NCBI GenBank assembly: GCA_002796125.1
Contig: PCWA01000109.1
Coordinates: forward strand, 65,347-129,346
DNA: 64,000 nt
Origin: Candidatus Ghiorseimicrobium undicola
GTDB taxonomy: Bacteria > Omnitrophota > Gorgyraeia > Ghiorseimicrobiales > Ghiorseimicrobiaceae
Reading direction: 5' to 3'
Position numbers and translations under genes: made by a program. Under the pieces are notes generated by a model. The model made no database searches. It was given only the letters and a program-made list of their open reading frames with translations, and was not told the origin of the DNA. Shown here piece after piece: positions 23,177-34,800 of the stretch; position 1 is the first letter of the stretch; the number at the start of each line of letters is the position of its first letter.

Positions 23177-23217
23177 CAATGAGCACATCCGCCGTAGGCG
23201 AAAAAGCGCGAATTGAC
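23177..23217 (-). repeat. Family-1 intergenic hairpin element, copy B, just after the hisD stop
   Basis: cAATGAGCacatccgccgtaggcgaaaaagcgcGAATTGAc. Confidence 0.55.
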
Positions 23218-24447
23218 TTACTTCTCCGTAAATCTCACCTTTACTGAATCGGCATGCTTAGTAAGCCCTTCTATCAGTGCCAGTTTTTCCAAAGAGACCC
23301 TCATCTTATCCAATGCTTTTTTAGAATATGATATTAAATGGCTTGATTTTATAAAATCCGAAAGGGATAATCCGGAGAAAAACCTTGCCGTGCCTGTAGT
23401 CGGAAGCACATGGCTGGGCCCCGCAACATAATCACCCACCGCAACAGGGGTAAAATCCCCCAAAAAGATAGCGCCGGCGTTTGTTATTTTAAGTAAAAAT
23501 TTCTTTGGGTTATTAAGCATTATCTGCAAATGCTCCGGGGCTATCCTATTTGTAATATCCGCCGCCTCATTAAGGTTCTTAGCCAGGATAATGTAACCTT
23601 TATCCACTTTATTTTTTATTTCACGGGCCAATTGTTTACTCGTAGTAATCAATATCGCAAGCCCGTCCAGATGCTCTGCCTGAGCCAATAGATCAGCGCT
23701 AATATATGAAATATTCCCGCTCTTATTTGCCACAACTACCAACTCGGTAGGCCCTGCTATCATATCTATATCTACAAATCCAAAGACCTGCCTTTTCGCC
23801 TCTGCCACATAAATATTCCCCGGCCCTACTATTTTATCCACTTTAGGTATTATCTTTGTGCCAAATGCTAAAGCGGCAATCGCCTGCGCGCCGCCAACCT
23901 TATATATCTCATTAACCTTCAATAAATCGGCGACCACCAATATATGGGGGTTAATATTACCATGTTTATCAGGCGGGCTTACCAAAACAATCCGCTTTAC
24001 TCCCGCAAGCTTTGCCGGTAAAACACTCATGTATACAGACGATACCAAAGGAGCCGTGCCCGCAGGAATATAAACACCCACTTTTTCAATAGGCGTAATC
24101 TTTTCTCCTAAAATAACGCCGTCCTCATCTTTAATTTTCCATGATTTTTTTATCTGCTTTTTATAGAATTTATTCACATTCTCTATAACCAATTTTAATG
24201 TAGATACGAAGTCCGGGCTGATATTCTGATACGCGCCGCTGATCTCTGCCTGTGTTATGCGTAATTGCCTGGAAGAAAGCCTTGCCTTATCAAATTTACG
24301 GGCATACTTTATAACTGCTTCATCGCCAAGCAAACGGACATGTTCTACTATATTACGCACAGTTTCTTCTACGCGCTTTTTACGCAGTAAATAGCGTGAA
24401 CATATCTTGTCAATTTCTTTTATATTGGCAGAGCGGATTATTTTCAC
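23218..24447 (-). CDS. hisD: Histidinol dehydrogenase
   Basis: 409-aa HisD family protein. Confidence 0.93.
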   Translation of the reverse strand: MKIIRSANIKEIDKICSRYLLRKKRVEETVRNIVEHVRLLGDEAVIKYARKFDKARLSSRQLRITQAEISGAYQNISPDFVSTLKLVIENVNKFYKKQIKKSWKIKDEDGVILGEKITPIEKVGVYIPAGTAPLVSSVYMSVLPAKLAGVKRIVLVSPPDKHGNINPHILVVADLLKVNEIYKVGGAQAIAALAFGTKIIPKVDKIVGPGNIYVAEAKRQVFGFVDIDMIAGPTELVVVANKSGNISYISADLLAQAEHLDGLAILITTSKQLAREIKNKVDKGYIILAKNLNEAADITNRIAPEHLQIMLNNPKKFLLKITNAGAIFLGDFTPVAVGDYVAGPSHVLPTTGTARFFSGLSLSDFIKSSHLISYSKKALDKMRVSLEKLALIEGLTKHADSVKVRFTEK

Positions 24448-24461
24448 TTAAATAAACCTCC

Positions 24462-27065
24462 TTAATTATTTTCCGATTGCAATAATTTTCCTATCGCCTT
24501 CAGCGCGCCGGCGGGACTGCTTAATATTTCTTCCCAGAGCGCACCTTCTTGCTTTGTAGCTTTATTTTTCATGCCGCCCTGAACTAAATCAGGCCTGCCT
24601 CCTCCGGCCAACCCAAGTTTATTGACAATTTTCCTGGCGTCATATCCTTTTTCTGCTAAATCTTCAGAAAGAGCCATAATAAATGTGCCGCCTCCGCCAA
24701 CAAGGCTAAAGAGAAAAATAGCAAACGGCGCGCTAACTTTATTCCTTAATATATCCAAGGCGCTACGCGCGTAGTGCATATCATTAACCTTCAAATCGGC
24801 AACAATAAGCTTAACTCCGCCTACATCCGTACTGTTTTTTAAAAGTTCCGGCGCATCCTGTTTTAGTAATTTCAGCTTAGCGGAAAATAGATCTTTTTCC
24901 AATTTTTTTATATATTTTAACTTTTTTTCTATTTCCCCCTTTAACCTGTCTTTTGGCACCTTAAACTCTTCGACAAGCTCATCAATAACTCTTTCTTCTT
25001 CCTGTAATTTTTTATATGCATGCTTTCCCGTCAGGGCTTCTATACGGCGTATCCCTGAGGATATGGAACTCTCAGAGACAATCTTAAACAACCCAATCTG
25101 GCCGGTATTATCCAGATGTATTCCTCCGCAAAGCTCTTTGGAATAATCACCGCAAGAAACCACTCTTACCTTGTCTGCGTATTTTTCTGCAAAGAAAGCG
25201 AGAGCGCCGGCCTCCCGAGCCTTGAGAAAAGTCATTTCTTCTTTGGAAACAAGATCATTATCGCGTATATATTGATTTACCATTTCTTCCACGCGAAAAA
25301 ATTCTTCTTTGTTTAGGGCCTTAAAATGAGTAAAATCAAACCTTAGGTATTCCTCGCATACAAAAGAACCTTGCTGGCGGACATGCCCACCCAATACCTT
25401 ACGCAAAGATGCCTGAAGCAGATGCGTTGCCGTATGATTCCTGGCAGTATCTAACCGCCTGCTGCTATCTACTATTGCTTCTGCTTCCTCACCAGCATGA
25501 AAATCCCCTTTTTTTATCTTTACATAATGCAGTATTGCCTGATTTATCTTTTTGGTATCGTAAACTTCCGCCAAAGAAGAAGTTGTTTTAATTATGCCTT
25601 TATCGCCGCACTGTCCTCCGGATTCCGGGTAAAAACAACTCTTTTCTAATATAAGGCAGATTTCATCATTCTGTTTATTAACAGACAGGATTTTCGCCTT
25701 TACTGAATCTTTTTCATAGCCCACAAATTCAGTATTAAATCCGGCGCCGCAGGAAGAAATACCTCCAAAAACCTCCCCAGTAAGACTACTAGCATTTTTT
25801 GATCTTGAACGTTGCTCTTCCAATAAACGATTAACCGCCTCCTGATCAAACTTTACTCCTCGTTCTTTTAAAAAATCCAAAGGATAACCATACGTGTCGT
25901 AAAGCTTAAACGCTTCCTCTGCGGTCAATCTTTTCTTATTAGCAATGCCCTTCATCTCCCCGAGCATTCTATCGCCTTCACTAAGAGTACGGCAAAATCT
26001 CTCTTCTTCGCTTTTCACTACCAAAGAAATTCTCTCCCTCTCGGATTCTAGTTCAGGATACGCCACTTTCATTATATCGGCAACTTTCGGTACTATCCGA
26101 TAAAGAAAAGGATCTTTATTCCCATATTGCCTCGCATTCAAGAATGCGCGGCGGATAAGTTTACGCACAACATATCCCCTATCTTCATTAGAAGGTATAA
26201 CGCCGTCGCAAATCGCGAATACGACAGCACGCAGATGATCAGCTATGGCATATATTTCTTGCATATTCGGCGAACTAAACACAGCGATATTCATTATCTC
26301 TTTTACTATCGGCCCAAAAATATCAATCTCGAAATTAGTTCTTTTGCCCTGCATGACTGCCGCAATTCTTTCCAAGCCCATACCTGTATCAATATTTTTC
26401 TGAGGCAACGCCTCCAAATTATTCCTGCCTACGCGGTTAAATTGCGTAAATACTAAATTCCATATTTCCACAAATCTTCCGCAACTACACCTGAGAGAAC
26501 AATCAGATTTTTTGCATCCCTCATTTTCTCCCCAGTCATAAAAAATCTCAGAACACGGCCCGCAAGGGCCATCCGGGCCTTGCAGTATAGCATTTGCCGG
26601 CCAAAAGTTGTCTTTGTCTCCGAATTTCATAATCCTCTCTCGAGGAATTTTAACCAGGCCTTGCCATATTTTATAAGCCTCATCGTCGTTATCATAAACC
26701 GAGACCCATAATTTATCACAAGAAATACCCAGTCTTTCGGTTACGAATTCCCATGCCCAGGTTATCGCCTCTTTTTTAAAATAGTCCCCGAAAGAAAAGT
26801 TGCCTAGCATCTCAAAGAACGTATGGTGGCCGCTGGTTTTTCCTACGTTCTCAAGGTCTCCGGTTCTTAAGCATTTCTGACAGCTGGCCGCCCGCCTAAA
26901 ATCGGTTGCCTGCCCAAGAAACTGCCTCTTGAATTGGTTCATTCCCGCTGAAGTAAAAAGAACAGTCGGGTCATCCGCCGGAACCAAAGAATCAGAGACG
27001 AATATTTTATGGCCCTTTTCTTTAAAAAAATCCAAAAACTTATGGCGCAAGGCATCGGTTTTCAT
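24462..27065 (-). CDS. alaS: Alanine--tRNA ligase
   Basis: 867 aa with class II catalytic, editing and C-terminal domains, in the recA-recX-alaS neighbourhood. Confidence 0.95.
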   Translation of the reverse strand: MKTDALRHKFLDFFKEKGHKIFVSDSLVPADDPTVLFTSAGMNQFKRQFLGQATDFRRAASCQKCLRTGDLENVGKTSGHHTFFEMLGNFSFGDYFKKEAITWAWEFVTERLGISCDKLWVSVYDNDDEAYKIWQGLVKIPRERIMKFGDKDNFWPANAILQGPDGPCGPCSEIFYDWGENEGCKKSDCSLRCSCGRFVEIWNLVFTQFNRVGRNNLEALPQKNIDTGMGLERIAAVMQGKRTNFEIDIFGPIVKEIMNIAVFSSPNMQEIYAIADHLRAVVFAICDGVIPSNEDRGYVVRKLIRRAFLNARQYGNKDPFLYRIVPKVADIMKVAYPELESERERISLVVKSEEERFCRTLSEGDRMLGEMKGIANKKRLTAEEAFKLYDTYGYPLDFLKERGVKFDQEAVNRLLEEQRSRSKNASSLTGEVFGGISSCGAGFNTEFVGYEKDSVKAKILSVNKQNDEICLILEKSCFYPESGGQCGDKGIIKTTSSLAEVYDTKKINQAILHYVKIKKGDFHAGEEAEAIVDSSRRLDTARNHTATHLLQASLRKVLGGHVRQQGSFVCEEYLRFDFTHFKALNKEEFFRVEEMVNQYIRDNDLVSKEEMTFLKAREAGALAFFAEKYADKVRVVSCGDYSKELCGGIHLDNTGQIGLFKIVSESSISSGIRRIEALTGKHAYKKLQEEERVIDELVEEFKVPKDRLKGEIEKKLKYIKKLEKDLFSAKLKLLKQDAPELLKNSTDVGGVKLIVADLKVNDMHYARSALDILRNKVSAPFAIFLFSLVGGGGTFIMALSEDLAEKGYDARKIVNKLGLAGGGRPDLVQGGMKNKATKQEGALWEEILSSPAGALKAIGKLLQSENN

Positions 27066-27535
27066 AGCTTATTTAAAACTTCTGAGATTGCCTCCGGACT
27101 AAATCCGCGGCGTAGTAGAAATCCAAAAATCCTATTTCTGGCCTTACTATTAAATTTTCCTTCAGTTTTATTAACTGTATTGTCAAATTTGCTGCTGATT
27201 ATATTCTTGATCGCCTCATGCTCAGAGTAGGCGTTTTTTATCCGAGAGACGACTTCTTCGATTATCGGTTCCTTAATATTTTTCTGCTTTAACTCAAAAA
27301 CAATCCGCTTAAAACCTAAAGGCTTGTTTATTTTCTCTTTTGCCCAGGCAAAAGCAAAACGCAAATCATCAACAAAACCAGCATCTTTTAAATTGGCGAT
27401 TAAAAAATTTATCGTATCGGGAGTAAAACGCTTCTGTCTAAGGCGAAACCGCAACTCCTCTTCGGATCTCTGACGTATTTTAAGAAGCCTTAAGGCATAG
27501 CTCCTTGCCTTGTTTAATTCTTTATCTCTTGGCAT
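27062..27535 (-). CDS. recX: Regulatory protein RecX
   Basis: 157-aa helical-repeat RecX family protein. It overlaps alaS by 4 nt. Confidence 0.85.
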   Translation of the reverse strand: MPRDKELNKARSYALRLLKIRQRSEEELRFRLRQKRFTPDTINFLIANLKDAGFVDDLRFAFAWAKEKINKPLGFKRIVFELKQKNIKEPIIEEVVSRIKNAYSEHEAIKNIISSKFDNTVNKTEGKFNSKARNRIFGFLLRRGFSPEAISEVLNKL

Positions 27536-27548
27536 TAATTATAGCGCA

Positions 27549-29084
27549 TTATTTATCTTTCATTACGATATATCCTCTTCTGGTCCGGATAAGAACATCG
27601 CCTTTAAGATCCTTGCTGATACGCTTAAAATCATCCACATTGCTTATTTTAGCTTTATTAATCTCATCAATTATGTCTCCGGCTAACATAACCGCTTCAT
27701 CCGCAGAGCTATCCGGCTCTATATCTATAACTACTACGCCTTCTTCGGAGGCGGCTAAATTAAAACGCCTCCTTGTTTCCTGATCAATATCTTTGACTTT
27801 TATGCCCCGCCAATATTCATCTGTTTGCCCGGGTTTCGATAAAGTTAGGCCTGTATCCAGATCTTCCGGGCGCTCACCTATCTCAATCGTAATTGCCTTG
27901 GCTTTCTTATCGCGCCAGATATCCATCTTTACTTTTTTACCCACTTCGCTGCCTGCTACAATGCTTAATAATTCACGCAGGCTGCTTATATTTTTACCCT
28001 CAAAGGACAAAATTATATCCCCGCTTTTAAGGCCGCCTTTTTCCGCAGGGCCGTCTTTTATTACATCATTTACAAGAACACCTTTTGTGCCGGCGGCCAA
28101 GCCAAAATACTCAGCAAGCTTATCATCTAACTCCTGCACCGTAACGCCCAGCCAGCCATATAATATTTTTTTACCGGCGATAAGCTTATCTAAAATCCTT
28201 TTCGCCGAATTAATTGGTATGGCGAAACCTACGCCTTGGTATCCTCCAGTCGTAGAAAATATGGCAACGTTGATTCCAATAACTTCTCCGTTAAGGCTGA
28301 CTAAAGGCCCTCCTGAATTCCCGGGATTTATCGCTGCATCGGTTTGTATTAAATCTGTAAAGTCTTTATCACGGCTTAAAGCCCTGCCCAAAGAACGGTG
28401 CAGGGCACTAACGACTCCCGCGGTAACGGTAGGCTCCGGGCTATGCAAAACAAAACCGAAAGGATTACCTATCGCTATTACCCACTGGCCTATTTTCACA
28501 TTATCTGAATTGCCTAATCTTGCTACCGGAAGATCCCGGGCGTTTATCTTTATAACCGCCAAATCTGCTCTGGCATCTTTACCCTTGATTTCTCCTTCAA
28601 ATTCCCTGCCATCCGGCAACGTCACGGTTATTTTATCGGCATCAGCAACCACATGTTCATTGGTAAGGATATACCCTTCCCCGTCAATAATAACTCCCGA
28701 ACCCAACCCCTGTTGTTTAAATTCACGCTCGGGAACATCGCCAAAAAAATCATCAAAAAATCTACGGAAAAATTCATCACCAAACTGCTCATTCCCTCCA
28801 AAAGGAGTGCCGAAATAAAACCTGCGAACTCCTCCCGGGACTCTTTCCGTATGTTCCGTGCTAATAGAAACAACTGCCTGGCCCACCTTCTCTGCGACAT
28901 TAATTACAGCATTTTCCAGACCCTCGCTGATATTATCAGAATAGGAAGCAAAATCATCTTTCTGGGTAGATATAACGGCGCCGACTCTTGGCATAATATC
29001 TAATTTTGCCGTAAAAAATATACCTGCCAACACCCCCATGATAAAAACCATACCCCACAGAAGCTTATGTTTTATTTTCCGCAT
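27549..29084 (-). CDS. Periplasmic serine endoprotease DegP/HtrA with two PDZ domains
   Basis: TM anchor, then trypsin-like domain (GNSGGPLV), then two PDZ domains. It is inserted between recA and recX. Confidence 0.9.
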   Translation of the reverse strand: MRKIKHKLLWGMVFIMGVLAGIFFTAKLDIMPRVGAVISTQKDDFASYSDNISEGLENAVINVAEKVGQAVVSISTEHTERVPGGVRRFYFGTPFGGNEQFGDEFFRRFFDDFFGDVPEREFKQQGLGSGVIIDGEGYILTNEHVVADADKITVTLPDGREFEGEIKGKDARADLAVIKINARDLPVARLGNSDNVKIGQWVIAIGNPFGFVLHSPEPTVTAGVVSALHRSLGRALSRDKDFTDLIQTDAAINPGNSGGPLVSLNGEVIGINVAIFSTTGGYQGVGFAIPINSAKRILDKLIAGKKILYGWLGVTVQELDDKLAEYFGLAAGTKGVLVNDVIKDGPAEKGGLKSGDIILSFEGKNISSLRELLSIVAGSEVGKKVKMDIWRDKKAKAITIEIGERPEDLDTGLTLSKPGQTDEYWRGIKVKDIDQETRRRFNLAASEEGVVVIDIEPDSSADEAVMLAGDIIDEINKAKISNVDDFKRISKDLKGDVLIRTRRGYIVMKDK

Positions 29085-29153
29085 CTAGCACCTCCTTAAA
29101 CTTAACATCTGCCATCCAGCATTAAGTGCGGCTTCCGCACCTTTTAACTTTTA

Positions 29154-29234
29154 CTTTACCAATGGCATTAAGGTAGTTAATATTTCGCTTATGTTTCCGG
29201 AATCTTTACCATTAGTTGTACAAAGCTCAATAAG
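29154..29234 (-). repeat. R2 repeat, copy 1, beginning 13 nt after the recA stop
   Basis: About 85% identical over 82 nt to 36440-36521, and the last 29 nt TTACCATTAGTTGTACAAAGCTCAATAAG are identical. Confidence 0.6.
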
Positions 29235-29246
29235 CCGCCCGGCATT

Positions 29247-30287
29247 TTAATCAGGTTTTATTTCTTTCTCGGCAAAGCTTTTTCTTACTTCCTTATCAAT
29301 CTCTGTAAGCAATTTTACATTTTCTTTTAAATATTTACGCGCAGCGTCTCTGCCCTGGGATATTTTTTCAGTTTTATATGAAAACCACGCGCCTGATTTC
29401 TCAATGATATTTTTACTTACCGCCATATCCAATACGTCTGCGGCGCGGGAAATCCCTTCATCATACAATATCTCAAATTCCGCTTCTTTAAAAGGCGGCG
29501 CGACTTTATTCTTTACAACGCGTACCCGTACTTTACTGCCGATTACCGCATCCGCCTCTTTAATCGCGCCTATACGCCTCACATCAAGACGAACCGAAGA
29601 ATAAAACTTAAGCGCGTTACCGCCTGTTGTTGTTTCCGGATTACCAAACATGACTCCGATTTTCATGCGTATCTGGTTAATAAAAACAACGCATGTTTTA
29701 GATTTACTGATTGCCGCGGTAAGTTTACGTAATGCCTGAGACATAAGGCGCGCTTGTAAGCCCATGTGCGAATCACCCATCTCTCCCTCAATCTCTGCGC
29801 GCGGCGTAAGAGCGGCCACCGAATCAATAACGATTAAATCTATCGCATTCGACCTTACAAGGGTCTCGGTAATCTCCAAGGCCTGTTCTCCCGTATCCGG
29901 CTGTGAAATTAAAAGTTCTTCCAGCTTTACGCCTATCTTTTTGGCATAAGTAGAATCAAAGGCGTGTTCTGCATCTATGAAGGCCGCGGTTCCCGATTGT
30001 TTCTGCACCTGACTGATAGCGCTTAAAGTAAGCGTTGTTTTACCGGAAGCCTCAGGGCCAAAAATTTCAATTACCCGCCCGCGCGGGAGGCCCCCTACCC
30101 CTAAAGCAACATCCAAAGATAAAGCCCCTGTAGAAATGGCAGGAACATCTACTTTTGCCTTTTCATCAAGCTTCATAATCGAACCCTTACCGAACTGTTT
30201 CTCTATTTGAGACAACGCCAGCTCAAGCGCTTTCTGACGGTTTGAATCTGTTTTCACTGCTTCATCCTTTTTTTTGTCTTTAATCAT
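29247..30287 (-). CDS. recA: Recombinase RecA
   Basis: 346-aa canonical RecA with the Walker A motif and an L2 loop. The RBS is AAGGGAGG. Confidence 0.95.
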   Translation of the reverse strand: MIKDKKKDEAVKTDSNRQKALELALSQIEKQFGKGSIMKLDEKAKVDVPAISTGALSLDVALGVGGLPRGRVIEIFGPEASGKTTLTLSAISQVQKQSGTAAFIDAEHAFDSTYAKKIGVKLEELLISQPDTGEQALEITETLVRSNAIDLIVIDSVAALTPRAEIEGEMGDSHMGLQARLMSQALRKLTAAISKSKTCVVFINQIRMKIGVMFGNPETTTGGNALKFYSSVRLDVRRIGAIKEADAVIGSKVRVRVVKNKVAPPFKEAEFEILYDEGISRAADVLDMAVSKNIIEKSGAWFSYKTEKISQGRDAARKYLKENVKLLTEIDKEVRKSFAEKEIKPD

Positions 30288-30446
30288 TACTACCTCCCTT
30301 GATAAGCCCGTCAGAGGAACAAATTACCCCAAAAGCTTAATCTAAAATTGCCTTATAAAATTTTAGACTGGTTTTAATGGGCGGGCATTAATTTGAATTT
30401 GCATTAGATAGCACGCTATGCTATAAATTTGCAGTTTAGAAACTTT

Positions 30447-30481
30447 ATTATATTACATAACCCTATAACTGTCAAACAGTT
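30447..30481 (-). promoter_or_regulatory. Perfect-consensus promoter TTGACA-17-TATAAT upstream of recA, with the -35 embedded in the palindrome AACTGT-N3-ACAGTT
   Basis: On the minus strand the -35 is at 30470-30475 and the -10 at 30447-30452, about 150 nt upstream of the recA AUG. The palindrome spans 30467-30481 and is a candidate operator. Confidence 0.5.
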
Positions 30482-30532
30482 TAGAAGAAAAATCAAAACC
30501 TTAGGCCGTAGCGCTGCACAGCAAGACCGCGC

Positions 30533-30561
30533 TTGACAATATATCCGGATTATGCTATTTT
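30533..30561 (+). promoter_or_regulatory. Candidate promoter for the divergent GAF-GGDEF gene
   Basis: TTGACA at 30533-30538, a 17-nt spacer, then TATTTT. The -10 is weak. Confidence 0.3.
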
Positions 30562-30617
30562 TATGCCATAACTAAACACCCGCAGAAACATAATTAGAGA
30601 TAAATATACTTCGATAA

Positions 30618-31805
30618 ATGACTGAACAAGAAAAAATATTCCAACTTAAGGATGAGCTTGATAAAGTACGCGCTGAGCTTAATGTGCTATATGAAATTTC
30701 TAATGCCATGCGCACAAGCTTAAAATTGGATGACGTCCTCTATATAATACTTACAGGTGTCACCGCGCATGTAGGCCTGGGCTTTAACCGGGCAATGCTC
30801 TTTCTGGTAAATGAACATAAAGCCATGATCGAAGGTTCGATGGGCATAGGCCCGCATACCGCCGAAGAAGCAAACCAAATATGGAAACAAATCGATAAAG
30901 AAAAAAGTAACCTCGACAACTTAATTTCAAATTATAAAGCCTCCAGCACAGCCAAGGATTCAAAGTTTAATAGCCTGGTTACTAGCATGAACTTTCCTCT
31001 CAATGAGGCTGAAGGCGGTATTATCGCCCAATCCATATTAAAAGATGCCTCAATTAACGTATCCAGCGAAACAATAAGCCGGTATGAAAATGATCCATTG
31101 CTTTCTAAAATACATATGGAAGAATTTGCCGTCGTACCACTTAAAACCAAAGAAAAGACCATCGGGGCTATTGTCGTCGACAACCTTTTCAATAAAGAAC
31201 CGGTTACCCATGATGATTTAAGAATACTGGTAATGTTCGCAAACCAGGCGGGCCTTGCCATTGAAAACTCGCGGCTCTACGAAGAAACAGTACTCCGGTC
31301 ACAAATAAATTTTCTGACAAAACTCTGGAACCACGGTTACTTCCAAAATAAGCTGGAAGAAGAATTCAAAAATGCCCAAGAAAATGAATACTATCTTAGC
31401 CTGATTATGATGGATTTGGATAATTTTAAAGAGCTAAATGATTCCCTGGGCCATCAAGTGGGAGATACCGTTCTCAACAAAACATCAAAAATCATCAAAG
31501 AATACTGCCGTAAATCCGATTATCCCTGCCGCTACGGCGGAGAAGAATTCGCGATTATACTTCCATACACTAATAAAAAAGAAGCTTATATGATTGCTGA
31601 ACGAATAAGAAAAACGGTGGAAGAATCAACCTACCTCCATAAACAGGCTCCTATCAATAAAAAAATCAGCATAAGCGCGGGAATATCCTGCTTCCCTGAA
31701 GACAAAACCTCAGACAAAGCCACTCTGCTGGACATGGCGGATAAAGCGCTATATCAGGCAAAACATAACGGAAAAAATAAAACCTGTTTTTTTAGTGATT
31801 GTTAA
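30618..31805 (+). CDS. GAF domain-containing diguanylate cyclase (GGDEF)
   Basis: N-terminal GAF domain, C-terminal GGDEF domain with RYGGEEF and the DxLT motifs. Confidence 0.85.
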   Translation: MTEQEKIFQLKDELDKVRAELNVLYEISNAMRTSLKLDDVLYIILTGVTAHVGLGFNRAMLFLVNEHKAMIEGSMGIGPHTAEEANQIWKQIDKEKSNLDNLISNYKASSTAKDSKFNSLVTSMNFPLNEAEGGIIAQSILKDASINVSSETISRYENDPLLSKIHMEEFAVVPLKTKEKTIGAIVVDNLFNKEPVTHDDLRILVMFANQAGLAIENSRLYEETVLRSQINFLTKLWNHGYFQNKLEEEFKNAQENEYYLSLIMMDLDNFKELNDSLGHQVGDTVLNKTSKIIKEYCRKSDYPCRYGGEEFAIILPYTNKKEAYMIAERIRKTVEESTYLHKQAPINKKISISAGISCFPEDKTSDKATLLDMADKALYQAKHNGKNKTCFFSDC

Positions 31806-31813
31806 AGAAAAGA

Positions 31814-34800
31814 TTATTTTGCTTCAGCGGGAGCCTCGGCTTCTGGAGCTTCTTCTTCAGGCTGGGTAATCACTTCTTCTTTTGAGCTATTTCTTTCTTT
31901 TAGTTTTGCGGAAATAATTTTCGAAACCCCCCGTTCCTGCATGGTAATACCGTACATAACATCTGCTGCGGTTATAGTTTTTTTATTATGCGTAATAACA
32001 AGAAACTGGGAAGTTTCTATGAATTCCTGCAATAATCTATTGAAGCGGTCAACATTGGACTCATCGAGAGCGGCATCAATTTCATCAAGCACGCAAAAAG
32101 GAGATGGCTTTATTTTAAAAACCGCGAATATCAAAGCTATGGCCGAAAGCGACTTTTCTCCCCCGGAAAGAAGCATGACGTTCTGTAGTTTCTTCCCGGG
32201 CGGCCGGGCGATTATCTCAATACCCGATTCTAAAACATCATTCTCATCTATCAGCATAAGCTGCGCTTCTCCGCCGCCGAAAAGCAGCCTGAAATAAATT
32301 TTAAATTGTTCGCCTACCTTAGCAAAAGTTTCCAGAAATAACTGTTTAGTTGTCTTATTTATTTTATTTATCGCCTCTTTTAACGATTCTTTAGCCGATA
32401 TTAAGTCATTCTGCTGGCTGGTCAGAAATTCAAACCTTTGCTTTAATTCATCGTATTCTTCGATAGCAACCAGATTGACCGTGCCCATTTTTTCGATTTT
32501 TGCCCTTAGTTCCCCTATCTCTTCAGAAACTTTCTGTCTATCAAAATCTTCATCTACGAGAGGAAGTTCATCTAAATTAATTCTATAAGATTGGGATAGC
32601 CTTTCTTTTATGGTAGATTTTTTGAATTCTATATCTTTATCCTGCATGCTTAATTGATGAATTCCATTTTTTATCCGGTCCAGTTCATTTCTAACCAAAG
32701 ATAAAGCCTGGTCCTTTTGCATTTCTTCTTCAGCCGCTTCTTCAAACCTTTTCCTCAAAATATCCAATTCTTCGGCCACGCCCTGCTTATCCAGGCCAGC
32801 CTTAACTACCTGATTGTTTAAATTTTGGCTTTCTTTCGCCAGCTCCCCGCTTCTGATAAAAGATGTTTGGATCTCTTGGCTAATACGTTCAAGCGAAGAT
32901 TGATCATTGCTTAGCGCCCCCTGCATTAGTTTAAGTGAATTGAACAAGGCTGTTTTTCTATCATCCAAAGAATTAATTTCAGCGCCACAACGCGCTATAG
33001 CTACAGTCATCTCTTCTTTAACTTCATTATTTTTAGCTATTTTTTCTTGTAATCCGGTAATCAACGACTCGCTCTCATTGCGTTTATTCTCCAGGTTTAC
33101 ACCTTCCATCTTTAACTCGCTGTATTTCAGGTTAGAGCTATCTAAATCCGCGTTTGACTCATCGTATTCTAAAGCTATCACTCCGGCCTCCTGGCATATT
33201 TTTTCCAATTGTTGTTCCAGGGCCTGTAAATTTGTTTTTTTGGCATTTAGGGATATTTCTTCCTGATGTATATTATCGCCTATATTAATTAAACCTGATT
33301 TAATTGCCGATAAAGATTGTTTTTCCACGCCTATTTTAGATCTAAAGCTGGAAAGTTCTTCGCCGATTTTGTTTATTTTTTCTTTTATTTTTTGCGTATC
33401 CAGCGGAATAGGCTTTAACTCGCAAGTAATCTGATACTTACCAGAATCGATTTGTCTTATCTCTTTAACTTTACTTAAAATACCGCTTAATTCACCCTGA
33501 GGCAGTTTATCCACAATCAAAATACCATCAAAAACTTCTGAGATATCCTCGTATTTTAATTTTAACTGTTCTAAAAACTCAAGCTGGGATTCAAGGCTCA
33601 CCCTTTGATTTTCAAGATTCTGAGCGGTTTCTTCCAGCAATCTAATGCTTTCTTCGGTATTATCAAGACTTTCTTTATGCCGGGCTTCATCCTGTCGCAG
33701 GATGGATATCTTGGTATTTAACTCATCAAACTCCGCCTTTAAAACCAAAACCTGTTCATCGAGCGAAGATTTTTCCTGGTCAATTTTTTCCTTTTCAATA
33801 ATAAGGCGTTTTTTACGGCTTGTGATATTTGAAATGCGCATGCCGATATCCGATAAATCATTATTTAAAAGCGCCTGCTTCTGGGCAATACTCAAAATAT
33901 CCAATTTCGACTGCGAAATATTATTATGGGCATTTTTAATCTCGGCTATTAACGCCTCGAGGTTCTTTTCTTTTTCCTTTAAATCTAAATCTTTATCCTG
34001 AAAATTTTTGGACAAGCCTGATAATTCTTCGCTTAACATATCAACCTTTTCCTGGTTCTCCTTTAACCTTGCCTGCAGGCCTATCTCCTGCTCCTTTAAG
34101 CTGTCCGTCCGGGAGTTTAACTCTAATATGCGTTCCTGATTCATTTTTATAAATTCTGTGTTTTTATCCACTAAACTAATAAGCGCGTACTCTTCAGTCT
34201 TTACCCTGTTTATTTCTGCCTCTATTTCCTGCGTGCGTTTACGCAATTGGTGGATCTGCGAATCCAAATCCGAAAGCTTGGTATTATTATCTATCTCTTC
34301 TTTTTTCAAGCTTTCTATTTTAACAAGGTAATCGCTTATTTCATTATCCAGCTCTAAAATTTGGCGCTTTGAAAATTTTATGTCCAAATCCTTTAATTTA
34401 TCAAACTCTTCCTTATAACGCCTGGCCTTGTTGGCTTGACGGTCTAATGAAGAAATCTGCCTTTTTACTTCGGCAATTATGTCACTAACGCGTAATAAGT
34501 TATTTTCCGTATCTTCTAATCTACGCAGGGCCTCTTTCTTCTTGGATTTATACTTAGTAACTCCAGCCGCTTCATCAAAGACGAGGCGGCGATCTTCCGG
34601 CCGGGAACTTAAAACCAGGTCTATTTTACCTTGTTCAACCAAAGAATAAGATTCCGCGCCTATTCCCGTGCCCGCGATAAGATCAATTATATCCTTAAGG
34701 CGCACTACTGTTTTATTTAAAAGATATTCGCTTTCTCCGGAACGGAATATTCTGCGCGTAATCGTTACCTCATCATAATCGGTAGGCAGAAATTTTGATT

